This document shows positions 44,289-55,382 of a DNA stretch of 64,000 nt, piece after piece. Source of the DNA: a virus; the IMG/VR virus record IMGVR_UViG_3300043436_002883, positions 32,001 to 96,000 of that record. The stretch is one strand, 5' to 3'. The position numbers were made by a program, and so were the translations under genes. The first letter of the stretch is position 1. The number at the start of each line of letters is the position of its first letter. The notes below the pieces were generated by a model, which saw only the letters and a program-made list of their open reading frames with translations, did not search any database and had not been told where the DNA came from.

Positions 44289-45011
44289 ATGGCATTTAAC
44301 TCAGCCAAAAATATTCTTGTAGGAGCTTCACCGCTCTACATTTCAACAAGCGATTCAACAGTATCTGGTTATAAGGAAAACCTTTTAGACAGAGCAACTG
44401 GTGGAATTTCTTTCACAGCAAGAACAAAAGCAGCAGTAGCACTAGACGCATCTTCAGATGTTCGTAACGTAGGATTTACAAACAATGGTCTTCAGATCAC
44501 TTACAACCCAACTTACGATTCAGTAACAGTAGATCAGCTTCTAGATACAGCAAAGCTTTTCAAGTCTGCTATGGAGGTTATGATTGCAACCGAAATGTCC
44601 GAAGGTACACTAGAGAACACTCTGGTAGTATTCGGTCAAGGAGGAGCAACACTAACTAAGGCAGGTACAGCAGGAGCTGCAACAGATGATTACCCAACAA
44701 AGGGTGCAACTGGCGCAGATGACAAGACTCTTACACTAGGACTTGAGGCAGGATCACTTGGTATTGCCCCAACAGAACGTCAGCTATTCGCAATTGGTCA
44801 AGCACCAACGCTAGCAACTACAACAACAGGTGAAGTAGACGCAGCAACAGAGCGTGTATATTATGCACGTCGTGTTCTTTCAGTACAACAGTCACAGTTC
44901 TCACTTGCACGTAACGCAGCAACAACTTTCCCAGTAACATTCCGTCTTCTACCAGACGCTAACTATAGCGGCTCAGAATACGGTAAGATTATTGACCGAG
45001 TTCTAGCTTAA
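44289..45011 (+). CDS. major tail (tube) protein
   Basis: NILVGA, VGFT..GL...Y.P, V.VDQ, FPVTF.LLP; GGAGG RBS; followed by terminator. Confidence 0.88.
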   Translation: MAFNSAKNILVGASPLYISTSDSTVSGYKENLLDRATGGISFTARTKAAVALDASSDVRNVGFTNNGLQITYNPTYDSVTVDQLLDTAKLFKSAMEVMIATEMSEGTLENTLVVFGQGGATLTKAGTAGAATDDYPTKGATGADDKTLTLGLEAGSLGIAPTERQLFAIGQAPTLATTTTGEVDAATERVYYARRVLSVQQSQFSLARNAATTFPVTFRLLPDANYSGSEYGKIIDRVLA

Positions 45012-45024
45012 TTTATTTAAGCAA

Positions 45025-45050
45025 GAAAGGCCCCCGAAAGGGGGCTTTTC
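45025..45050 (+). terminator. intrinsic terminator
   Basis: GCCCCC-GAAA-GGGGGC-TTTT. Confidence 0.9.
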
Positions 45051-45111
45051 TATTTGTATAGATAATATCTATATGTTATAATAATTAAGACTAGATCCTA
45101 GGAGGATTAAA

Positions 45112-45444
45112 TTGGCAACAACAGTATATAGCGTAGAAGAACTAACGCTTCAGAATGGCTCAACAGTTAAGCTGAAGCCTTTAAGTATCAAAGAGCTAAG
45201 AAAGTTTATGCTCGTATTACAAGCAGCAAGCGATTCAACAACAGAGGATCAAACACTCAATGTATTAATTGACGCAGTTGCAGTAGCACTTGAAAAACAA
45301 CTACCAGAGTTGGTAGCAGATAGAGATGCACTAGAAGATGCACTTGACGTCCCCACAATTAATCGCATACTTGAGGTATGTGGTGGGATTAAGATGGACG
45401 ACCCAAACCTTCTAGCGGCAGCGGTTCTGGCTGGTCAGAACTAG
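45112..45444 (+). CDS. tail assembly chaperone (gpG-like)
   Basis: Between tube and tape measure; TTG start with GGAGG RBS. Confidence 0.8.
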   Translation: MATTVYSVEELTLQNGSTVKLKPLSIKELRKFMLVLQAASDSTTEDQTLNVLIDAVAVALEKQLPELVADRDALEDALDVPTINRILEVCGGIKMDDPNLLAAAVLAGQN

Positions 45445-45779
45445 ATTTAGCCGCTTTAGAGGGTGAAGTTTTTCTTCTAGGTCACTGGAAGAATTACGAA
45501 GAACTAGAAGACAGTCTTTCAATGCCAGAACTTATTCAAACATTGAAATCTTTTAAGAAGCAGAAGTCGGAAGATAGAAAGTTTACTGCAAGTCTTAAGG
45601 GAATAGATTTAGATGTAGAAGAGGAAGATTCAGTACCACAGGGAAAAACTTTTGACGATGTTAAAAGGAAAGCGCTTGGTATAGATGCTTCAGGTGATGA
45701 TATAGTTTCCTTACAAGGAAGCCTGGCATCACAAGCAGGGTTCGGAATCGGAGCAGGTCTAGGCTACACAAAGGAGTAA
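45402..45779 (+). CDS. -1 frameshift extension of tail chaperone (gpGT-like)
   Basis: Slippery C CCA AAC at 45402-45408; -1 frame is open to 45779. Confidence 0.75.
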   Translation, partial: PKPSSGSGSGWSELDLAALEGEVFLLGHWKNYEELEDSLSMPELIQTLKSFKKQKSEDRKFTASLKGIDLDVEEEDSVPQGKTFDDVKRKALGIDASGDDIVSLQGSLASQAGFGIGAGLGYTKE

Positions 45780-45790
45780 GATAAAGATAA

Positions 45791-48700
45791 ATGGCTGATG
45801 AAAATATTGTAACTAATATAGTTGCTAATGCAGATTTTTCAGGTCTTATTGCAGATGTCAATAAGGTCACAGCATCTTTATCAAAACTTCAAGCACAAAT
45901 AATTCAATCAGACACAAGACTCGCAAGTCAAGTGGCTACAATGAACAGGTCTTTTGGTGAAAACCTAAGAAGAACTGGACAGTTTTCATCACACTTTGTT
46001 ACCTTAACATCTGATGTTGAAAAGTTTGGCACCAACCTAGACAGGGGCCAGATGAAGCTGAAGCAATATTTTCAGACGTTTCAGCAACATACAAGGACAC
46101 AAGGCGGGTTAATTAGAGATCTTGCTAAGCAGCAAGTAGCATTACAAAATGCAATCATTCAGCCGATGGGTAAAAATGCTCAAGGGCTTATGCAGTACAG
46201 CGTACATATCCCACAAGGACTTGATGCTGTAAAAAATAAAACTGCCTTAGCAAGACAAGAACTACAGATCATGAACAAGGTTGTTCAGGATGGAGGAGTT
46301 CAACTTATTAACTGGGGTAAAAATACTCAGTGGGCAGGTCGTCAGTTAACTGTAGGGTTAACGGTACCGCTTGCAGCATTCGGTAAAGCGGCAGCAGATG
46401 CATTTAGAATGGCAGATGCAGAACTAGTTAGACTTACAAAGGTATACGGTGGAGTAGCAGCAACTTCTGCAGCAGATCTTGAAAAAGTAAGAAGAGAAGT
46501 CACTCAAACAGCTAAAGAGATTTCAAAGGCATACGGAGTTTCATTTAAAGATACTATTACTCTTGCGGCAGACATTGCGGCTACTGGCAAGCAAGGCGAT
46601 GAGCTTTTGCAATCAGTTAAAGAAACAAGCAGACTCGCAGTGCTTGGAGAAGTAGACAGACAAGAAGCAATGAAGGCCACCCTGGCAATTCAAACTACAT
46701 TTAAACAAAACACAGAGCAACTTTCTGAATCCATTAACTTTCTTAACTCAGTTGAAAACCAAACTTCAACAAGTCTTGCAGATTTAATTGAAGCAATTCC
46801 AAAGGCGGGTCCTGTTATTCAGGGTATGGGCGGAAGCGTAAAAGATTTAGCGCTTTATATGACCGCAATGAAAGAAGGCGGAATTAATGCTTCAGAAGGA
46901 GCAAACGCTCTTAAGTCAGCACTTGCATCACTTATTAATCCTACTAAGGTAGCAAAAGAAAAATTTTCTGAAATGGGAATTGATCTAGGCGGAATAGTAA
47001 CAAAAAACGCTGGGAATCTGACGGGAACAATTTTAGAACTGCAATCAGCATTAGATAACCTAGACCCATTGCAAAAACAACAGGCGATTGAACAACTGTT
47101 TGGAAAGTTCCAATTTGCTAGATTAAATGCTTTATTTTCAAACCTTGGAAAGCAAGGAAGCCAAACTCTTCAAGTAATGGACTTAATGAAAGCAAGTTCC
47201 CAAGAATTATCACAGGTAGCAGGACGAGAATTATCAATGGTAACAGAGTCCGCTTCTGGAAAGTATAAGAGAGCAGTAGAAGGATTAAAAGCAGATCTTG
47301 CAGGTATTGGCGACGAGTTCTTAAAAATTCAAACATTCTTTATTAATATTGTAGACGGTGTTATTAAGTTTATAAATAAATTACCAGACCCAATTAAATC
47401 TTTGTTAACATTTGCTACAGGATTTACAGCAGTCATCGGCCCAGTAATTATGTTAACTGGTGTTCTTGCCAACTTCTTTGGATATATAATTAAAGGAGCA
47501 TCACACTTTAGAGCTTTATTTAAAGGTGGAGAAGGCTGGAAGATGCTTACGCCAGAAATTTTGGCAGCACAAAAAGCAGGATCACTTGTTGAAGCAACAT
47601 TCTATAGTGATGCTAAAGCAGCTACAGTATTAAAAACTGCAATTGCAGGCCTTGTAACAGAATTTGAATTACTTCAGTCCAAGGCTATGACTGGCGCAGT
47701 GTCTGCGTCACCAGCAATTTCAACAATGGCTGGAAATGTTGTTAAGCAAAGCGGAGCAAGAGTTGTTGATCCAAACCACCCATTAATTAGCCCAGAAGAC
47801 ACAAGGTCAATGTCTCATCTTAATCCAGTTGCTGGAATGACACTAGATCAAAAATCAACACAAACAATTTTCAGTACAGTCCCAGGAGCACCAAAAGTAA
47901 ACCAAAAGATTGGAAACAATCCTCAGATGTATATGTCTGGAGACCTTCCAAAGATTCCAGGACTGACATCTATTGGCGGAGCATCAACAGGTATTGTTGC
48001 AGCCGAAGCAGCAAAATGGCATGCAATGACAGGCGCACTTGCAATGCAGTCACAGGCAGAAATTGCTTTACTTAAAAAAGAAGTGGCATCAACTGGCCTT
48101 ATAACAGCATCACTATCTGATTCATACCAAGCATTGCTTCCAACAATGACAAAGCTTACCGCTAATGCCGCAGCTGAATCAGCAGCAATTGTTGCACAGT
48201 TGCAAGCTGGTAAATTAACAGTAGATCAAGCAAGAGCTAAAATTGTTCAATTAAACGCACAGGTAGAGGCTATGATTGCACAAGCTTCTGTAGACATTGC
48301 GGGACAACAGGGAAGAACAATTGGCCTAACAACAGTGCCATTGTTAAATCAGCCAGTTGTTAATGCAGCTGGAAAATCTAATATGAAAGAACTTCTTCGC
48401 CCAGGAAGAACCAGAAGCCTTCTTAATAAAATTGCAAGCGGACTTGGCGTAAAAACATTTGGTGCTGGATACAGCACAGAAACAACAATTCCAAAAAGAT
48501 TTAACACTGGAAGTCTTGTACCAGGAACTGGCAATACCGATACAGTTCCCGCAATGCTTACTCCAGGAGAATTTGTTATTAACAAAGAAGCAACAGCAGC
48601 AAATCTGCCATTGCTTCAAGCAATAAATGGTGGAAAGGGATCTAATGGCCCTAATTTTAATAAAGGTGGAAAAGCTTTAAGACTTCAAAGAACTCATATA

Positions 48701-51700
48701 ACAGATGACTTAAGTGGTCTAGCTTTATTGTTACCAGCATGGCTAAATCTAGGAGTTAACTCTAATGGAAGTGGTTTAACTGGAAGTAAAATTGCTGATG
48801 GAATTAGAGAAACTTTACAGTCTGGATATGATCCAAATGACTTAATGAACGAAGCAACTGTTACTTTAGGTGGGGATAGAAGACAGTCATCAAGAAGAAC
48901 TAATGCAGCTTTAGAAAAACTAATTGCTTCTTTAGAAAGTCCAGAAAATGCAAATAGAATGATTGGCGGTAAGTCAGATCCATTTGGATTTGAAAGACTT
49001 GCAAAAGAAATATATAGACCAGCACTTCGTGGAATTAAAATTGACTCTGCAAAATCTGGTGGAAGAAGAAATTTATTTTCTGCAATATCTCAAATATTTA
49101 CTGAAAGATCTAAGGAAGTTTTAACTAGAGATGAAGCAATATCTCGTGGACTAATTACTGGATCTCCAACAGGATCAAGGCAAAAGGGCCAGATGGTTCA
49201 AAGAAGAAATGGAAGACTATCATGGGTCAGCGAAAATAGAACAATAGGCTCTAGGGTTCCTTCGTGGGCAAGAGGAACAAATTTACCAACACTGCTAACA
49301 ACATCAAGTGGTATTAGCCATGCTCTTAAATTGCTTAGAAGAAATTCTGGTGGGATTATACCAGGATACAATGCTGGCGGAGTTGTCGGAAATGTATTAA
49401 AGGGCACAGCTTTTAAAAATGTAGGAGCTAAGTTTGGAAAGATAGGAGAGAAGTGGGGAGCCACTTCTCTATCCATTGGTATGGGAAGAAAACTATTTGG
49501 AAGTTCTGGCTTAACACCTAAAGCGCAAAACTTAATGTATGGAAAGCTAGTCGAGAATCTTGAAAAAGAAAGACCATACGGTTACGTAAAAGATGCTCAG
49601 GGAAGTCTTCAAAAGGCTTTAGAGCCAGACATTGTAGATTCATTATTAAAGATGTCAGCAGGAGATGTGCTTAGCACAGGAGGAAAGAGTTTAAGCAAGA
49701 TTGATAGAGAAATCTTGCGAACTAAATATGCAAACTGGGATAACAAATCATGGACACCTTCAACTACTAAAGTAAGAAAACAAATGTTTGGAATGAACAA
49801 AGGCGGAATGGTACCAGGAGTTCAATACTTTAACAGAGGCGGGCAAGTAAAGGGTGTTCAGTATTTAAACAAGGGCAGCAAAAATCCTATAACATTTGGA
49901 TCAGCTTACAGGCAAGAAAGAGCAAAGGGAAATATAGGAGCAGGAATGATGGGCTCAGGCCCAATGGCTGGCATGGGTATTGGTATGGGAATGCAAATGG
50001 CTGGCGGAGCAATAGGAGGACAAGCGGGACAAATTATGCAATTTGCATCAGTGCTTCCAATGCTTGCTCCAAATATGTTGGGCTCACTAGGTAAGCTAGC
50101 TGGAGGATTTAAAGGTGTTGGCGGAGCAGCAGGAATTGCAGGTAAAGCAATTGGCTTAGCAATGAGATTTGCACTAGGCCCTATTGGTTTGCTTCTTACA
50201 GCACTTACTGCAGGATATGCAATATTTAAAAAGTTTAAGCAAGAGCAAGAGCAAAATAAAATTGAGAAAACTAACTCGGTTGGAATTACAGAGAAATCTG
50301 CAGCAGAAGCAGGCATTAAATATAACAATCTTTCTAATTCAATTAAAGCTGTTAATGATCAACTTGAGCTAACTAGAGCAAAAGGAAGAAATGCGTATGA
50401 AGCTTTAAACTCATCTGGAGTACAGGGACTAACCTTAAGCATTAAAGAATTAAGAGAAGGTATCAAGAATGCAAAAGAAAACCAGAAAGAATTAGTTGGA
50501 ACTTTTACCGACATAGATGTATCTGGAGATTCTAACAAGCAAGCAAAAGTTACTGAAATTGCTACTAATTTAAAAGCACAATTTATTGCCGCTGGTGTTT
50601 CTGCTCAAGATGCAACAAATAAAATATATGCAATTATATCTGCTTCTGATAAAGCCGATATGGCATTCAACGCAATATCTAGTAAGGGATTTAGAGAAAT
50701 TACAGATTCAGCATCAGCAGCAGATGCTATGATTAAAACTTTAAATAAAAATATGCAAAACGCAGCAGGAGCATATGATCCAGATGTGCTGTTTGGAAAA
50801 GATTTAGGTGTGGTTATTTCAAATACTACAGATGCCCTTGATGATAATCTACAAACATTAATGAAAACTAAAAAAGAAAACGGCGAATTAATGACACAGC
50901 AAGAAGCTATGTCAAAAATTCTAGATGATATTAATGCAAAAGAAGGATCTAAGCTAACACTAACTCAAGGGCAAATTACATCTCTTAAAGAAACTCATCC
51001 CGCTCTTGCTGAGATACTAAATGAGTCAGACAATGTTGCAGGCATGTATTCAAAATGGAGACTGCTTCTTTCTGGAGTTAGAACTGATTTAAAGAATATA
51101 ACATCAGAGCAGGCCCAAGCCCTGGTAGCATTTGAGTCAGCACTAGACTCTTCTATAGCCGCCTCCGAAGCCAAATCTTCAGGAAGCGGTATTGGAGCTA
51201 GATCACAAAAGTCTATTGCTGCTTTGCAAAAATTAATTGCATCAGGTGGCGCTAAAGCTGCAGCAAATGCACAAAAAACTCAAGATCAAATTAAAGAAGA
51301 AATTAAACTTATTGATAAAAAAATTGATAAGATTAATGAAGAAGCAGATGCTAGAAAGAAAGCATTAGAAGCTTCACAAAATAAAGAAAACTTAGCCCTT
51401 GAAATTCAAAAAGCTCAGCTAGAATACGCAGACAAAATGGCTGCAGGAGATATGGCTGGAGCAGCACAAGCACAGCTAAAGATTAAGCAGCTTGTTGGAG
51501 AAAGAGAAACTCAAAAGTCTATTGATGCAATTGAAGAAAATAGAGCTAAGCGTGAAAAAGAATTAATTGCTCAAAGAGAAAAGCTTCAGGCTCAGTCAGA
51601 TAAGACTGCAAAAAATTTAACTAACGCTCAAAATAATGCTACCGCAGCAGGCGAAAGAATGAATAAGGTTGATCAATATCAGAACGAATATCAAAGATTA

Positions 51701-52660
51701 GTAAAAGAGCAGGCTAGACTTGATGTAATTTTAGAAAAAGATCCATCAAACAAAAAAGCATTAAAGGATCAACAGGAACTAGTAAGAGGACCTCTAGGGG
51801 ATCTTGCAAAACAAATTGCTGCAGACTCAAAGGGGTCAGATAAAATTTTAGCAGCAGAGCTAAAGAAAATATTTACGGGAACATTAATTAATGAAAAGGG
51901 AGAGTCTATGGCAGGCAGAGTTATGTCTTCAACTCACCCAAAGGGTGTATCTACCTATAAGGCTGGCTCAGCAGATGCAGCATTAAAGCAAGATGCTGCT
52001 GCGGCACTTGCGGGAGCCAAGGCAATCACAGGTGGAAAAACTATTGCAGATCTTTACAACGCATATATGGGTATTGGCATACAGGGATCTAAAACTAAAG
52101 ACACAGCATATGAAATTACAGCGACAGGAACTAAATCGGGAGTGGCTTACGGAGGAAATACTAATAAGGGCGGTCTTGAGCAATGGGCTAAAGAATCAAT
52201 TGTTAGAGAGTATGGTTTACAGGCAGGACAATTCTTTAAATACAATGGGCAGACATATAAAGTTGGATATAAAAACTCCATAATTAGACAAGCAGAGGGA
52301 GGGTACATATCTGGCCCAGGAACTGGAACATCAGATTCTATTCCAGCAATGCTTTCAAATGGTGAGTTTGTTATTAATGCCAAGTCTGCAGCCTCATTCG
52401 GATATGGAAATCTAGAAACAATTAATAAGATGGCGGCTGGAGGCCTTGCTGCAAGATTTGATATTCCATCATACAACACATCAAGTAGAATGAAGTACGG
52501 ATCAGAAGAATCAAGAACTTCTAATGTTACAATTAATGCTACACTTACTTTTGGAGATTCTCCTAAGAATGGCAGAGAGCTCTGGAAAGAATTTAAGCAG
52601 ATGGCTAAAGCAGAAGGTGCAAAAATTGGAGAGAATATCGTTATAGGGGGAAGCAATTAA
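45791..52660 (+). CDS. tape measure protein
   Basis: 2289 aa; WAGRQLTVGLTVP region; Ala-rich helical; D..PAML..GEFVIN motifs. Confidence 0.95.
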   Translation: MADENIVTNIVANADFSGLIADVNKVTASLSKLQAQIIQSDTRLASQVATMNRSFGENLRRTGQFSSHFVTLTSDVEKFGTNLDRGQMKLKQYFQTFQQHTRTQGGLIRDLAKQQVALQNAIIQPMGKNAQGLMQYSVHIPQGLDAVKNKTALARQELQIMNKVVQDGGVQLINWGKNTQWAGRQLTVGLTVPLAAFGKAAADAFRMADAELVRLTKVYGGVAATSAADLEKVRREVTQTAKEISKAYGVSFKDTITLAADIAATGKQGDELLQSVKETSRLAVLGEVDRQEAMKATLAIQTTFKQNTEQLSESINFLNSVENQTSTSLADLIEAIPKAGPVIQGMGGSVKDLALYMTAMKEGGINASEGANALKSALASLINPTKVAKEKFSEMGIDLGGIVTKNAGNLTGTILELQSALDNLDPLQKQQAIEQLFGKFQFARLNALFSNLGKQGSQTLQVMDLMKASSQELSQVAGRELSMVTESASGKYKRAVEGLKADLAGIGDEFLKIQTFFINIVDGVIKFINKLPDPIKSLLTFATGFTAVIGPVIMLTGVLANFFGYIIKGASHFRALFKGGEGWKMLTPEILAAQKAGSLVEATFYSDAKAATVLKTAIAGLVTEFELLQSKAMTGAVSASPAISTMAGNVVKQSGARVVDPNHPLISPEDTRSMSHLNPVAGMTLDQKSTQTIFSTVPGAPKVNQKIGNNPQMYMSGDLPKIPGLTSIGGASTGIVAAEAAKWHAMTGALAMQSQAEIALLKKEVASTGLITASLSDSYQALLPTMTKLTANAAAESAAIVAQLQAGKLTVDQARAKIVQLNAQVEAMIAQASVDIAGQQGRTIGLTTVPLLNQPVVNAAGKSNMKELLRPGRTRSLLNKIASGLGVKTFGAGYSTETTIPKRFNTGSLVPGTGNTDTVPAMLTPGEFVINKEATAANLPLLQAINGGKGSNGPNFNKGGKALRLQRTHITDDLSGLALLLPAWLNLGVNSNGSGLTGSKIADGIRETLQSGYDPNDLMNEATVTLGGDRRQSSRRTNAALEKLIASLESPENANRMIGGKSDPFGFERLAKEIYRPALRGIKIDSAKSGGRRNLFSAISQIFTERSKEVLTRDEAISRGLITGSPTGSRQKGQMVQRRNGRLSWVSENRTIGSRVPSWARGTNLPTLLTTSSGISHALKLLRRNSGGIIPGYNAGGVVGNVLKGTAFKNVGAKFGKIGEKWGATSLSIGMGRKLFGSSGLTPKAQNLMYGKLVENLEKERPYGYVKDAQGSLQKALEPDIVDSLLKMSAGDVLSTGGKSLSKIDREILRTKYANWDNKSWTPSTTKVRKQMFGMNKGGMVPGVQYFNRGGQVKGVQYLNKGSKNPITFGSAYRQERAKGNIGAGMMGSGPMAGMGIGMGMQMAGGAIGGQAGQIMQFASVLPMLAPNMLGSLGKLAGGFKGVGGAAGIAGKAIGLAMRFALGPIGLLLTALTAGYAIFKKFKQEQEQNKIEKTNSVGITEKSAAEAGIKYNNLSNSIKAVNDQLELTRAKGRNAYEALNSSGVQGLTLSIKELREGIKNAKENQKELVGTFTDIDVSGDSNKQAKVTEIATNLKAQFIAAGVSAQDATNKIYAIISASDKADMAFNAISSKGFREITDSASAADAMIKTLNKNMQNAAGAYDPDVLFGKDLGVVISNTTDALDDNLQTLMKTKKENGELMTQQEAMSKILDDINAKEGSKLTLTQGQITSLKETHPALAEILNESDNVAGMYSKWRLLLSGVRTDLKNITSEQAQALVAFESALDSSIAASEAKSSGSGIGARSQKSIAALQKLIASGGAKAAANAQKTQDQIKEEIKLIDKKIDKINEEADARKKALEASQNKENLALEIQKAQLEYADKMAAGDMAGAAQAQLKIKQLVGERETQKSIDAIEENRAKREKELIAQREKLQAQSDKTAKNLTNAQNNATAAGERMNKVDQYQNEYQRLVKEQARLDVILEKDPSNKKALKDQQELVRGPLGDLAKQIAADSKGSDKILAAELKKIFTGTLINEKGESMAGRVMSSTHPKGVSTYKAGSADAALKQDAAAALAGAKAITGGKTIADLYNAYMGIGIQGSKTKDTAYEITATGTKSGVAYGGNTNKGGLEQWAKESIVREYGLQAGQFFKYNGQTYKVGYKNSIIRQAEGGYISGPGTGTSDSIPAMLSNGEFVINAKSAASFGYGNLETINKMAAGGLAARFDIPSYNTSSRMKYGSEESRTSNVTINATLTFGDSPKNGRELWKEFKQMAKAEGAKIGENIVIGGSN

Positions 52661-53142
52661 TGGCAACCACAGTATATTTACCAGTAGGCTCACTTCTATA
52701 CATTGACACATCTACTACAGATACTCCTACTTGGGCAAAGCTTTCAGAGCACAACAGGCAGCCAATGTCTATTGGCCAAAACCGTATTCAAAAGGTAACA
52801 AGAATGAGCAATGGAACACTTAGAAAGTTTTTTATTGCAGATAAAAGAGAATTTAGCACATCCTGGAACATGCTGCCATCGTTTTCAAATATGACTGTAG
52901 ATGCAGGATACGGAGCAATAGATTTAAAATCATATTTTGAGGGAGCTAAAGGTCAGGGTGTATTTAAGCTCAAGATAGTATATGGCAAGAATCAGACAAC
53001 ACCATTTGCAGATAGAGAAGAAATATTCACGGTGTCTTTTACATCTTGCAGTTTTGAGGTAATAAAAAGAAACGTTAAAGATTCTTCAAGCGATCCAGCT
53101 CAAGAATTTTGGAATGTATCTATTGCAATGGAGCAGGTATAA
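52660..53142 (+). CDS. distal tail-like protein
   Basis: Directly after tape measure; RM.NG.LR...W..LP pattern. Confidence 0.65.
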   Translation: MATTVYLPVGSLLYIDTSTTDTPTWAKLSEHNRQPMSIGQNRIQKVTRMSNGTLRKFFIADKREFSTSWNMLPSFSNMTVDAGYGAIDLKSYFEGAKGQGVFKLKIVYGKNQTTPFADREEIFTVSFTSCSFEVIKRNVKDSSSDPAQEFWNVSIAMEQV

Positions 53143-55382
53143 TGATTACCACAGTTCCATCAAATAACAACACTGTTGTACAAAATCTATTTAAGCAAAA
53201 GTCTTCTGTTAAAATAAACACGGGATGCACAATAGAATACAACATGAACTCTATGCTTGACAATATTACCGTTACATATCCATCTACAATGGATCAATAT
53301 TATGCCAAGTCAGCAGATGGTAAAATTAATACATACAAAAAGCTTTTTCCAATTGATTCAATTATTAAGCCATTCAGACCTCTTTTCTCTGGAGTAAAGT
53401 ATCTTATATGGACAAAGCTTCAAACAGATACTCCAGCAAATAGTTTTTATGCCCCAAGAACATTAATTTATCCACGGTCAACATCCCCACAAACAGATGG
53501 ATATGAGTCTGCCGTCACAACACTATATCCAAGACTTTACTACCCTGGTCTAACAACTTCATATAAATATTGGGTAACACCAATTAATCAAAGCGCAGAT
53601 CTAACTGTTAACTATTCTATTCTTTCTGCAACGATTAAAGAAGCTTCTTCTTCTGGTTCTATTGTTACATACAAAACATTAAACAATCACGGATTTTCTT
53701 CAGGGCAAACAGTAACAATTACTGGTCTTTCAACAGCTTCTTTTAATTTATCTGCAAGCGTAATTGCCTCTACTCCAAGCCCAACATCTTTTACTATTGC
53801 TTCATCTGCCACAGGAGCTTGGGCAAGAGAGCAATCAGCGACAGCAACATTGTCTGCAGCAACAAAGCCTGCCGTATCAAACAAGATTGTTGCAAGATTT
53901 GAAAAAACTCACGCCTTCCCAAGTAATTATACAATGACCATTACATATTCAGATGCTACAACAGCAACAGTAGGTCCATCCCCAGTAGACCTCTCTGGAC
54001 AAATTGTTTTGTATTATAACGGAACCACTTGGACTTCAACAGAGCCAGCTGCTTATGCTACACCTAAATTAATTAAATCAATTAGACTTCAAGCAACAAA
54101 TCCAGGCGGCGGTAAAGTGCTAGGAGTTATTGAGCTATCGGCAAGATGGATTAAGGATATATCTTCAGACATAGTTGCTCTTGATATTGAAAAAGAATCT
54201 TCTTCAAGCTCAGAAGACATCCTGCCTGTAGGTAAGATTACTGCAAACAGCCTAAGCATGGATCTTGTTAAGTATAATCAATCTGCAATTGAATACGTTT
54301 CATACAATAGAGAATCAAATTTTGATATAACAAAAACATATCTAGTTAAGAATGCAGAAATGAAGCCCTACTTTTCTGTGTACCACTCCGCTGGGACATA
54401 TGGGTCGGCAGGAGATTTGTATGACAAAGTGCCACAAGGATCATTTTACATAGACTCCTGGCAAATATCAGATACTGGAGATGTATCTTTAAATGCATTA
54501 GATGCTGCTAAATATCTAATGGATACGGTAGCCCCAGATATTCTATGTGAATCATATCCCGTAACTAGTATCATAAGAAGACTACTAGACTCTATAGGCT
54601 TTACAAGCTATGAAATTAGAACTGCATCAGATGACAAGTCTATCCCAGTTATTAATTATTGGTGGACAACAGGCTCTAAAACGGTTTGGCAGTGTCTACA
54701 AGAACTATGTCGTGATATACAGATGAATGCTTTCTTTGATGAAAATAACATTTTGCAGTTTGCAAGTCGTGATTATATTTATAAGAAGACAGGCATAGAC
54801 TGGGCATTTACTTATGATACAGATGGAACAACGCTTGCAAATATAGTTGATTTTAATAAACAAGAAATACCTTCTGCAAACCAAGTTAAAATTTTGTGGC
54901 AAAGCCAACTCACATCAAACTATGCTGGAAACTCAGGAGACTTGTGGACAGACGAGGTTTCATACCTAAGTGCTGGCGGACTAAGATCAAACATATCTGC
55001 AGATACTTCCCCAGAAAATACAATACTTGCAGTCGATGTAGAAACACTAGATGATTATAGTAATGCAACATTGTATAATTTTGCGGGATATGTTATGATT
55101 GATTCAGAAATAATTGAATACGATGCAATACAGTACCAGTATACTCCCATAGGATCAACAACATCTCAAAACGTATGGGTTGAGTCATCATCAGATGTAA
55201 ATAAATTTAGATATCTATCTAGGCCAGGATATGACCTTGTGTCAAATCAAACATTTTTTAGACCTACAGGCTTATACCGTGTAAAGACAAGGGGAGCTTT
55301 TGGAACAACACCAGCATATCACGCAGCCTCTGCACTAACAGGGTTAGCGGACTGGTCTCAAAGAAAGGCTACGTGGGCATAA
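53142..55382 (+). CDS. baseplate hub/minor tail protein (N-terminal part)
   Basis: Start reassigned to ATG 53142; LPVG...AN, Q..AFFDE.N.L.F motifs. Confidence 0.7.
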   Translation: MITTVPSNNNTVVQNLFKQKSSVKINTGCTIEYNMNSMLDNITVTYPSTMDQYYAKSADGKINTYKKLFPIDSIIKPFRPLFSGVKYLIWTKLQTDTPANSFYAPRTLIYPRSTSPQTDGYESAVTTLYPRLYYPGLTTSYKYWVTPINQSADLTVNYSILSATIKEASSSGSIVTYKTLNNHGFSSGQTVTITGLSTASFNLSASVIASTPSPTSFTIASSATGAWAREQSATATLSAATKPAVSNKIVARFEKTHAFPSNYTMTITYSDATTATVGPSPVDLSGQIVLYYNGTTWTSTEPAAYATPKLIKSIRLQATNPGGGKVLGVIELSARWIKDISSDIVALDIEKESSSSSEDILPVGKITANSLSMDLVKYNQSAIEYVSYNRESNFDITKTYLVKNAEMKPYFSVYHSAGTYGSAGDLYDKVPQGSFYIDSWQISDTGDVSLNALDAAKYLMDTVAPDILCESYPVTSIIRRLLDSIGFTSYEIRTASDDKSIPVINYWWTTGSKTVWQCLQELCRDIQMNAFFDENNILQFASRDYIYKKTGIDWAFTYDTDGTTLANIVDFNKQEIPSANQVKILWQSQLTSNYAGNSGDLWTDEVSYLSAGGLRSNISADTSPENTILAVDVETLDDYSNATLYNFAGYVMIDSEIIEYDAIQYQYTPIGSTTSQNVWVESSSDVNKFRYLSRPGYDLVSNQTFFRPTGLYRVKTRGAFGTTPAYHAASALTGLADWSQRKATWA

